Of a stretch of 64,000 bases of DNA, positions 26,040 through 36,865 are shown one piece after another; positions within the stretch are counted from its first letter, which is position 1; every line of letters begins with the position of its first letter. Made by a program: the position numbers and the translations under genes. The notes beneath the pieces are model-generated. The model did not search any database, was not told where the DNA came from, and worked only from the letters and a program-made list of their open reading frames with translations. Source of the stretch: Psammoneis japonica (taxonomy: Eukaryota); assembly GCA_008632985.1 (NCBI GenBank), contig QPGO01000033.1, forward strand, positions 434,001-498,000. Reading direction: 5' to 3'.

Positions 26040-26729
26040 CTACTTACACGAACCTGAACCCAGCGGTGGAGGTACGTTTTGTTCCAAGTCTTCGTTCAAT
26101 TCTCCATCATAGTTTGAAGCCTTTGCCAAGGCCGTCAAGCTCACTTCTCCACTAAGTACCACGCCTTGTTTGCCACTTCCAATCTTCCACATCGGGTATC
26201 CATCCACTTTGTTTTTATCGCAGAGACGAACGTCTGCACCGTACCCTTTGGGTGAGCACTCGACATAGGTTACTAATTCCATAGCTTGCTGTCCCAACAA
26301 TTCCTTTTGTCGTGCACAATGAGGACACCAATACGCACCATACATTGTGGCTCCGGATTTTTGCAAGTGCCTTGCCAGTTCCATGGCTTGCGGTGAGGAT
26401 GGACGAGCGGTGCGCTTGGGAATCATGACGGTTTCGCCTTTGCGATTTGTGACGGGAAAATATCCCAATTCTTCGGCAATTACAGCCATGGGAGGAGCAG
26501 CGTTCGATAAAAGAGGGATAGACGACGTGGCTACAACCATGGTACCGCAAGTTGCAATCCATTGTCGACGTCCCGATTGCGTGTTGATGGCATGAAATTG
26601 CGTTGTGCACCTTGCGCCAGATTTGTGAGCGGATAATGGAGAGAAACAACTCGTACATGCACAAAGCATCATGCAGACCAACAAGCAGAGCACTGCTCTT
26701 ACGAAACTATGCACACAATGGATTGCCAT
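26040..26729 (-). CDS. Thioredoxin-like protein resembling the C-terminal domain of VKOR/LTO1, likely plastid-targeted
   Basis: MYGAYWCPHCARQKELLG, YVECS, C..VDGYPMW; N-terminal signal with TSCFSP and an RR-hydrophobic-SNA lumen-like peptide. Confidence 0.8.
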   Translation of the reverse strand: MAIHCVHSFVRAVLCLLVCMMLCACTSCFSPLSAHKSGARCTTQFHAINTQSGRRQWIATCGTMVVATSSIPLLSNAAPPMAVIAEELGYFPVTNRKGETVMIPKRTARPSSPQAMELARHLQKSGATMYGAYWCPHCARQKELLGQQAMELVTYVECSPKGYGADVRLCDKNKVDGYPMWKIGSGKQGVVLSGEVSLTALAKASNYDGELNEDLEQNVPPPLGSGSCK

Positions 26730-27157
26730 GATAAACTCACAGTGTTCTTGACGTCGAGAAGTAGACTAGTGATATCGCCATTGCCGATGCGATGTCTGTC
26801 ATGGCCTGTCTCGTGTAGCCCTTTGTCCTTTGTCTCGCCCTCCTCCGTCACTCGTGACTGGGTAATAGTACACTAGAGGGAAACGTGACTCCTGACGAGA
26901 AATTCTACAAGTAGTACTCTGGAGGTTAGGCTCTAACTATAGCATTGTTATTCTAGATACCGTTGGCAAACAAAACGCTAAAAAGACACCATGATTTTCC
27001 TTTACATGCAAACTACCTTGACATAACATGCTCATCAGTTACTGCACCGGCAATATGATGAGACAAAAGATGTCGGTAGTCGTGCAAAAGGAACAGCTGT
27101 GTGTCGCGTCAGCCACGGGCATTGTCCTAATCAGACGCTGCTGTCACTAATTCTATT

Positions 27158-28466
27158 CTAATCATCATCAGGATCATCCGTAGGATACGCGTTCCAGTAC
27201 ACAGTCTCGTGCTGTGAAAAGTAAGAAGAAGAGCAGTCCATGATGAGTGAGCTATACAGTGAACAAACAAGAAATCCTTCCATTCTACTCTAGTTCTTGT
27301 TCTTACCCTGAAAGCAGTTCCACAATTATGAAATCCAATTGGTTCTCCGTTCTGAGTTACAACGACGAGACAGTCTTGTTAGAGGGCGGCATAAAAATTA
27401 CTGCAACATCAGGCTACGGAACTCTACTTACCTTTGGGTGATGGTGCTGAGTTACGCAGTATGGAATGTCATCGTCCGGCCCCATTTCGGCTGGTTCAAT
27501 GGAAAACTCGACGCCCTTTGAGATTGGTTTCCATTGCTGATCCATTCGGCTTCGATCGCAGTATTCGAGTGTAATGATTTTCTTGTTGTAGCGAGTCATA
27601 CACAAATTGTGATCTGCAAGTTTCAGTTGAATAAAGTTCCCCACATACCGGACAACAAAGTGTTCGCCTCGACCACCGTCACAGTCATAGATCCATAGCT
27701 GTCGCATGTGTTCACACGCAGCTCTTTTGCATGGAGGGGGGAACTGGTCAAAGTTAATCCTGGTGCATCGCATGCACTCCAAACAGTACTTCTCTTCTTT
27801 CTTGGATTCCTGCCAGAAATAACTTTTTTGCCAGTGCAACTTGATTCGAAACTCGTAATCTGGATCAAAGGGACTATATGATGGGGCGTTGGATATTGAG
27901 GGTGATTCAGATGGGGACACGGTCGGGTATTGAGTCGGTTCAAACGACGGTGAGTAGGTCGGTAGATCCGACGGTGCAATTGAAACAGAGGGCGCAAGAG
28001 AAGGGGAAGTGCTTGGAATGTCTGTAGGAGCGTGAGAAGGTGAGAGGGAGGGCTCCAAGCTGGGTTCTGACGAGACGGTTGGTTCTAACGAAGGATGTCC
28101 GGATGGTTTCGAAGTCGGCGTGGCGGATGGTGTTAACGAAGGCTCAAAAGAAGGAGCTGCAGACGCTGATGGACTCGAAGTGGGTTCAGGGCTGATGGTT
28201 GGGGAAACGCTCATCGAGGGGGCATGCGTGATACCCGTAGGAATAGGGCTTGGAATAGGGGTTGGAATGGGGGTTGGAATAGGGGTTAGAATAGGTTCAG
28301 GCTCCGTCCCCGTCTCTGTTCCCGTCCCCGTTCCCGTCGCCGAAGAGACCTCATTATTAGTTTCCGTTTCCGGACCCGAACCACTCCTCACAACAACAAC
28401 CGTAATGGCAATGATGGCGGCCAATGCTACAATTACGGAGCCAATAAGCCGATGCTTTTTACCCAT
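27158..28466 (-). CDS. Membrane-anchored protein with Pro/Ser/Thr repeat stalk and C-terminal Cys-rich, ricin-B-like domain
   Basis: N-terminal TM helix; PTPI and PSxxPS repeats; FRIKLHWQKSYFWQE..C..HHHPK. Introns at about 27431-27352 and 27306-27212 add NGEPIGFHNCGTAFR and HETVYWNAYPTDDPDDD*. Alternative start at 28520. Confidence 0.8.
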
Positions 28467-29290
28467 TTTTAACCTGGACCCGCCATGGTAACTTAGGACG
28501 CTTATTGAAGGGGAACACATCGCTGCAATGCTTTTATGAAAGTGAGATTGGAAAGAATCGTATCAAAAGAATTGTGATTGAATCTTTTTGCTTTTTCGGC
28601 TTCTCCGTTCTCCTGTGACCAACTTCCTTTTTGAATTTTTAAAATCGTGTTAGTATCAGATTAACACATTTGTCGGCGGACGGGCATGCTCCCTAATTAT
28701 TAAAGTAACGGCTTAACCTCAACGGATATTATAACGGAAAAAGAGGTATCGGATAGTCGGTCTGCCAAGCCTGTCATGCATTCTTTACCGGTTGATTGAC
28801 GTTCAACGGCATCTCTCCCACGACTGAGTGTCTCGGCCGGGCGCCACCATCCACTGGCATAGACGCAACCTGTTTGACGGGCAGACAGACGAATTGCTGT
28901 GACCGCCTCAGATTCCATTTTTTTCTTTTCACGGCACCACCATGGGCCGATCCGACGACACTGTCTTGTTAACGCCGGTGCTCGACAAGAACGTAAATCT
29001 GCCAGACACCACTCGTGCTCATGACAACAAATACAGGGAAGGTTTGTCAATGCCTTTACTCTGTGACTCATGTCTCCCTTTCTAAGACAAGCAGCCTGTC
29101 ACCACTGGCACTTTTGTTTGGCCTCTCCTTCCTCCACCTGCTGCAGCGGCATGCTTTCTGATGATGCGTCGTGCTGCTGACAGCAACTGCGACAATCGAG
29201 AATGTGTGCGTTGATGTTGTGCACTGGCCTGAGTTCGACCTTGTTGATGACAAGCCAACAAACAACCAATCAACATTGACAGGTTCAAGC

Positions 29291-32200
29291 TGACAGAAAT
29301 TGAAGGCAAATGGCAAGAATTCAAACAATGACTCCTTGCTGCTGTCTAAACAGCAGATGAGTCTCCGCTCAGAGACCGTCACAGGAGCCGAAAGACGTGC
29401 AAGTCGGCATGATCGGGCTGCTGTTGTTGTTCTTGTGAGCCTTGTGGCTCGAAAGCAAACTACATCGCGCGCGAACGCGCGGAACTAAACCACACAAAAC
29501 TGTGCACGGTAAACTAAACAGCGCGCGACATTTCGCATGCACCCAAATCCTGTTCAAATCCTGTCACTCCCCAGTTTGCTTGAGGAGTCACAGAAACAGA
29601 TTCGACTTCGGATGGAATGAAGTTCCAGAACATGAGGGGGCGGAGAAGGTCCCAGATTTGGGAGCAACCCCAATGCTTGCTGAGAATGTCAGCAGGGTTG
29701 CGGCAGCCTTCGATGAAGTGGAACTCAAGGCAACCAGAGGCAATTGCCTCATGCACACGGTGGAATGACAGTGCAGTGTGTCGCTTGTGTAACTTGGAGT
29801 GCGGGATGGTGGCACTGTCTACAACCGACTTGTTGTCACCGAACATGCAACTGACACTGCGGATCGGGACGCCAAGGCAGCGCAGGGTGATGCGCAGGTC
29901 GATGATCTGCTCGACACAAGTCCTTGCGGCAACAAATTCAGACCCGCAGGTCGCAGTCTCCATGGTGGCTTGCTTCTTAGAGAACCAATCAGCCGGGAAT
30001 TTGTTGAGGAAGTGGAGCATTCCCATGACAGAGCATCCGGTGAGCATGCAATGGCACAGGTTTGCATCGACGCAGTGGGTGGCAGTGACGAACTTGCCAA
30101 GGGGCGGTGGAGCATCCTTCGGGATCATCTCTTCTGCTTCACCGCACACGGAATGCATCCATTCACAGGCCGGAGCAGGGAGATCTGAACAGTCGGGCTC
30201 TTCCGTGCGAACGCGGAGAGCGCCGTGTCGCATCTTGGAGAGGTGCCCACAGACGCGTTTGGCACGATCCAAGTGGCCTTGACGGGGTGCAGCTCGGAAG
30301 CTAGAGAGTGACATGATGGCCGTGGTGATGTCAATTCCACCAAGAGACACTGCCCATTGGAGTGAACCAACAAGGGACTGGAACTTGTGAATGCCATCGG
30401 GCTCCAGCAGCTCGGAAGTGTCCAGTTCGGGGTGGTCACCCTTCTCCAGAGGTGACAGGGCATTGGTGGTGGGTTTCTCCCCAAACAGTCGGGTGCAGCT
30501 GTCGACCATGCGCTCGATGTACTTGTGCGGAGACAGGCACAAGGTGCCGTCGGGATCCCGGGAAAAGTCGCAACCCAGATGGAACTCAATGGGTCCCGCA
30601 CCCTTGAGCTTGAACTTGCACTTTTCCGTGAGAGTGTTGACGAAAGATTGAGGGTCCTTCACAGCAATGGCGAGGTCATCCACACAAACGGCAATGCACC
30701 CACAGTGGTCGCCGTTCCTGCGCATCCAAATGTCAGGTTCGGCGTGGCAGGGGAAGAAGCCTTCAGCTCGCAGGCAGTCGGCGAAGCGCTCGTGCCAGCG
30801 GAGACCGGAGCTGCGCAGTCCATGCAGGGCCTTGTGGATGACAAGGATGTGTCCTTCGAGTTTGCCAAATTCGGGTCCGGCCACAATGTAGAGCTTCTCC
30901 TTGGTGGTGGCTTCAAGGTGGGCATTGCCAATGTCGGTGGCCCATGTCTCCAACTCGTTGAGTTCGGCCAGGAAAATCATCAGCCGAAGGCCACGGAGGG
31001 AGACCACTCCGGAGCAGACACTGTCGACAGGTACGTCCGTGAGGTGCCCATCGGCTGCGAGCAGTGCCTTGTGGCGACCGTCGTGTTTCACGTCGCACAC
31101 CAGGTGCACTTGGATCTTCTTGTGTCCCGCAGGAGGAGTGGAAGACTCGAAGGGCCCGCAGTCATGGAAGACTTCGTATTCCTCGAGTTGGTCCATCTCG
31201 AGATTAGTTGCGTCTCCCCATTTGCGGTTGCCGTTGCGTTGGTCTAGTGACATGGCGTGTTTGCAGTTCCGGGGAACTTCATGTCCGCACTTGCAGCGAG
31301 GTGCAGTGCGGAAGGAGCGAAGCTTGGCTTGGTTGGCCATGCGAAACAGCTTCTTTTGGCACCTCGCGATGGTGCGGAACCGCTTCCAGCCATCCGTGTC
31401 GAGAAGTCCGTTCTCTCGTGCACAGATGGTGCAGGTGACGGGGTCGTCCTTGGCGATGATGGCAAGAGGCTCGGACGTGATCTCCCCACTTTCCCATTCA
31501 AGCATGATGTTGTAGCTTGAGCCTTTCCAGGTTGGGTCATGAGGCTTCAGAGGTCCTTCGTGTGACATGATGCATCGAAATTTCCAAACAGCAGTGTCTT
31601 CGTCCTCTTGCGCAATGTGATTCATGATGTCGTTGCAGGCAAGGACTTCCTCGCATTTGTCGTTGTTGACAGAGCAGATGAACTTGGTGAGCTCGGGAGA
31701 TTGCCGTTCACTTTCCATTCGTGGTCTTTGACGGCCTTGACGATGCGAGCTCTGTGGCGTTGTCCATCCTCTTGTGGCTGCATGAGGAAGGTGCGTCCGA
31801 TGATGTCTTGCGGGTCGAAAACTGGCATCTTGGGTGTCCTGATCTCCCCATCAGGAGAATCGACGGGATTGTCGTCATGGCGAGATTTGATGATGGGTTC
31901 AGGTGGCTCCCCATCAGGAGGATCAAGATGCAGGTTTCGAATGGCAGGATCGGTGGCAGCGGAGCGTACGTTGGACCGGCAGAGGATCTTCTGAGTCTCG
32001 TCAGAGAGAATCTTGAAGGTCATCTGGTGGCCGACGTGCTCAGCAATGCCAACAAAGCGTCCACGCAACTCACGGGATTCGGACGGCCAATCGGAGTCAT
32101 CGAGGTGGAAGCACACGGGTTCCCACCAGTGAAAGCGAAGCAATGGGCTGATGTCTGGGGTGGAGCCAGTGAGAGTCTCGAGGGGCGTGCGCCAGTGGAG

Positions 32201-35200
32201 ACGTGGGGATGCTGCATGGTTGAGCATGAAGCACACATGCATGAGCGCCAGCAGCCATGTGTGGGCGGGCGAACCAAAACGATCCATGACAGTGTTCGCC
32301 ATGCGCTTCACGGTCTGGTGTCGACGCTCGGCAAAGTTTTGGTGTTGCTGGTGAGGCTCACTTTGCCAGCTGGAGATGAAGAGGGCTCGTAGGATCCCGA
32401 GCACTTTGTTGCTGATCTCAACTTGAGCACGGTCGCCAATGAGTTTGGATGGGGCACCACGCTCCCGGATCTGATCCTCGAGTGTGTTGACAAACTCTTT
32501 GTCCGTCTTGGTGCCGCAGACGTCAGTGACGGTAGACTCGGTGCCAACAAACAGTTGGGCGCTGGTGCAACCAGAGTCGACGGCCGGGGTGTCGGCACAA
32601 ATGGTGTCAGTGGCGATGGGTTCGTTGCGGCGGTGCACATTAAGGGCGGGGTTGGGTGATTTGCAGGCCTTCTTGAGGTGTGCACCGGCGGGCATGCGGG
32701 CGCACTGCGTGGTGCAGTCAAAAGTGCGACGGACCGCATCGGCAGGTGGGAAGCCAAAGCAAGGCCGAAGAGACTCAAAGGGGGGGTCCTTGGGCTGCAC
32801 AGTGCGCTCTGGGGGCGGAACGTCGTCGTCCTTGGGGTCAATCGAAAGTAGATGACACTCGCAGAACACGTCGTCGTTCGGAATGAGATGATCATCGAGG
32901 GCGGACGCATGATCGGCAGACAAGGAAGCGGACATGATGGTCTCGTTGACAACGACACGATGACGGCAGTTGCCGTGTTCGTCAAATGGGTTGGCAGTGG
33001 GATCGTCCTGCAGGTCAGAGATCGAGTCGCACCACTGGTCGTCATCAGTGACAGAGTGATCGAGGACGGAAGGATCCCATGTGTCATCACCGGTGAGGAT
33101 GACATGGGGCAGGGTGTCCCATTCGGCGTCAGTGCAAGGTCACATGGCAACATGAGGCAGGCCGCCCTTGATGTCAATGGGGATGACACAGCCATCAGGA
33201 GTGGCAATGCGTTGCAAGCCGTTGGGCACCTTGACAGAGCGATCGTTGACATCCTGTTTGCACCATTCGAGCTGGCCGCAGGAATGGATGGTCTTGCCCT
33301 TGCCCGTGTGTGCGTGCTGATGGAGGATGGCGATGACGGGACCACGCTGGGTCTCAATGACGGCACCAGCGGTGACAATGGGGATGTCCACCAATTGATG
33401 GTCGTCAATGCCCTGAACGTCGACTTGGCGAGAGGTGCGTGCAATGACGCGAACGTCATCGCCAGCAATGCCGCCGTTGGCCCCACGATCAACCAGAGCA
33501 CCAGTGCGTGTGGAGCGATGAGCAGAGGCAGATTGAATGACATTGTGGTTGTTGACGCGACGGCAAGTGAGGCCGTTGAGTTCCATGTCATCAGCAGAAG
33601 CTGGTGGGGTAGAGGGAGCGGCGGATGGCCCCGGTCGACCAGCATTGGGGGCTTGGTCAGGAGACAACAGACGTTGCAGATCACCGGGTGGCAGTGGCTT
33701 GCACTTGGTGAGGTGCGCCAGGATGGGATCATCCGAAGTGGCATCCACATTTGGAGCGGGGTCACCAGAGTCAGCAGGAGTTGTGTTGGACAAGTTGACA
33801 TCACCATCACTCCCAAGGCGGTGGTCGTGAAGGTTGGCCGTAACAGACTCATGGCAGTTGCTGGCTCGCGGGTTGCGGGGAGGCGGACGAGAGTGCTCAA
33901 GGATGATCGCCTTGGAGGAATGGGGCAACGAATCCCAAATCCGTTGGTGGTCGGGAGGGAGACGTTTCCATTGGTCACCGGTGAGGCTGGGACCACGGGT
34001 GCGGGCAGCATTGGCCTGAAGGACGTCAATGTCGCTGTCAATGTCGTAGAACACATCGTCGGATGGTTCCTCGGAGTGGACGTCGTGTGCGTGTGTGGCA
34101 TGTCGGGGAGCTTGAGGTGTCGTCTTGGGTTGAAACGTGCTGTCGTGTTGAGCTGCCGCGGAGAGGAGCAAGCCACAGCATTGATCGCATGTGAGGCTCT
34201 TGCCACTCTGCGTGCGATGCTGATCAGCTTGGTTCTTGACAGCACGGAGTTCCTCGACAGGGTGTGCGGCATTCTCGAGCATGACGCGCTTCTGTCCTTC
34301 AGAGAAGTGGTCACTGGCCGGGACAAGTGCCTCGTGCTTGCGCAACTGGTCTTGCCAATGAAGGATGAATCCGTGGGTTGGACCTTTCCAAGCACCATCA
34401 CCAAGATGTGCGGTGGCAAGGTGCGTGAGCAAGGTGGAGGACTCGATGGATGCGCGGGTGGAGGCGAGCGCATGCTCGGACAAGGCGCAGTGGACGGTCT
34501 GGGCGTCAGAAGACCCCACATTTTCGCGGATGAGAGCCTTGCCCTTGTCGGTGAGAAGGATGCGTTCGAAGACGGCGAACATGTGCTTTTGCTGTTCAGC
34601 AAAGAGCAGTTTGTCTTCGGGGCTGGTCGGTTTGTACGACGAGTCTAGAATGCACTCGACGTCTTGGGCACGGGCTTGTGCCACAAGTGAGGTGTGCCAA
34701 GTGTGCCACTGCTTGTCGGATTTGAGAGCCATGAAAGCGGTGGGATCACGCTTGATGCCTCGCTTGAAGTCTCGCACCGGGTCGCGTGCCTTGGTCGGGT
34801 TGGTGACATGCGGAGGTGCGAGGGGTGAGCTGCCGATGGACACAGAAGACATGCAGTCGGGGCTGAGGTGGCAGGCAAGGAACTCGTCATGCGTGAACAA
34901 CGATGAGTCATTGGCAACGTCAAGACCTTCGTGTGCTTTGACAATGTACAGACTAACTGGAGCTGCTAACATGTTCTTGTGACCGCGGGGCAAAGGGATC
35001 ACATCAGTGCCGTTGTCGCACTCAAGCGAGTCGATTTGGGACGGCATGAACGTGAACAGCTCTTGACACGAGTCCGTGCCGTCTTGGGCCAAAGCCAAAC
35101 GAAGAGGGCTCCCAGCACCTTGGGCAAGCACGGTTCCAACAACGTGCTCGAAACCATCGGTTTGTTGCTGACGAGTGAGAACCATGGTAGACAAAAGTGG

Positions 35201-36400
35201 TGTCAGGACAAGCAATTCTTGTTGGGAAGCGAAGGCAGACTTGAAACTTGGGTGAGAACAGACTTGACTTGAAACAGACTTGACTTGAAATCTTGAACTG
35301 CCTCAAAATCAGAAGTCACCGGGTTGTGCTGTCCCGTTCGTTGTTGAGTGCTAAACTTCCCATCCGGTCCGCAGGGTTGTGCCGGCACGTCCGAACCCGC
35401 AGCCAGTGGCGCTTTGGGTTGCTTGCGAGCGGAGCAGCAGGTTGCAAACCCCTGCAGGCAAGCTGACTAGAGGTGGACAAGACCCCCGAACCGTTCTCAT
35501 TTTATGTCGGTTGGATTTCCCAATCAGGCTGGCCAGTTGACGTGGGCGTCAGGCGCTGTGGACGAACGAACAAACGCGGGAAAGCACCCTTGCCCCAACG
35601 CAGGCTGTGGTCACGGCTGCTTGCTCTCACAGTCGTCCTCGTGGACCCAGCAGAACTGTGGAGCACCAGCAGTCCGGGGTAGATCAGGCACAATGGACTC
35701 GGTGTGCTTGCAGAGTGGCAGCAAAACCGCAGTCCGAAGAGTGGGTACAAGTTCTTGGCCGTGAAGATGTGTGTGTGCGCACATGTCTTCAGCGACGAAG
35801 ATCCTTGAACATGCAGGGTTCTTGACCATCAACCAATGAATGGGTGTGTCAAGGGATGAGGATCAAGGACAGACTTGGATGTGACTGTTGATGTGTGTCT
35901 TCAGCGATCAAAGGTGGCACAATCAATCCAGATGTCCAGCGGCAAGGAGACTTGACGGTGACGTTAAAAAATCCTGCCGATGCCTGGTGTTGAATGCGCG
36001 CAGACTTGCCGATGTACGTAGAACATGCAGGGAGGTCCACGCAGAATTGAAACAGCGTCGTCGGTAAATCAACGACGACGATGGCGGTTGCTCAATGGGT
36101 TGACAATGAGCAAGACTGTTGATCTGACAGAAATTGAAGGCAAATGGCAAGAATTCAAACAACAACTCCTTGCTGCTGTCTAAACAGCAGATGAGTCTCC
36201 GCTCAGAGACCGTCACAGGAGCCGAAAGACGTGCAAGTCGGCACAATCGGGCTGCTGTTGTTGTTCTTGTGAGCCTTGTGGCTCGAAAGCAAACTGCATC
36301 ATGCGCGAACGCGCGGAACTAAAGCACACAAAACTGTGCGCGGCAAACTGAACAGCGCGCGACATTTCGTGCGCACCTGAATCCTGTTCAAATCCTGTCA
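29291..36400 (-). mobile_element. Full-length Ty1/Copia (CoDi-like) LTR retrotransposon, element 1, mutated
   Basis: 276-bp LTRs 29291-29566 and 36125-36400 (TGACAG..CTGTCA); TSD CAAGC both sides; polypurine tract at ~29567-29580; order gag, PR (LVDRGANGG), IN (SEPHQQHQNFAERR), RT (DIGNAH, CVDD), RH (NPADILSK). Confidence 0.95.
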
Positions 36401-36497
36401 CAAGCCCCAATCAACATTGACAGGTTCAAGTGCCAAACTGTTGGTGTGGTGACATGACAGGCTCCAGTGCGATTGACTGGAGTGATTGGACATTCTG

Positions 36498-36865
36498 GAC
36501 GCGTTCCAGGTCCAGGTGGGACCTCGCACCACCAAACTGTGACATCCACAGTTTTTTGAATCGCATTGCATGTCGCGCACGCACATTTCTACATGATTTT
36601 GGCCAAATTTTGCATCATTTTGTTGCACAATTGTCGGGCGATCCATTCAACAACTTTTGACATTTTTTTCTTCTGTGCCATTCTTGAGTGTCCTGAGAAT
36701 GGCACAGGGCAGGCGCATTGTCCAAAACTTTGAGTGCGAACAGAGACATGTGTGCTGCAAACTCGGCCATTTGTTTGATGTTGAAGACAAATGTGTCCAT
36801 CAACCGGAGTATGAAGCACAGAGCTCGCACGTGGAATTCTGCGGGGCAAATGTCACAAAAAGTCC
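36498..36865 (-). mobile_element. MITE copy, subfamily B, split by Copia element 2 (remainder at 54199-54219)
   Basis: Starts GACGCGTTCCAGGTCCAGGTGGGAC; the other TIR is completed by cacccaggactggagcccgtc after the Copia; TSD TCTG at 36494-36497 and 54220-54223. Confidence 0.88.

Noticed and set aside
29514..31718. Alternative genetic code or a novel RT active site (CVDD, HVDD, HLDD)
   Set aside because: Homologous copies differ as Cys versus His at the same site, non-coding LTRs show the same change, and host genes use Tyr normally.
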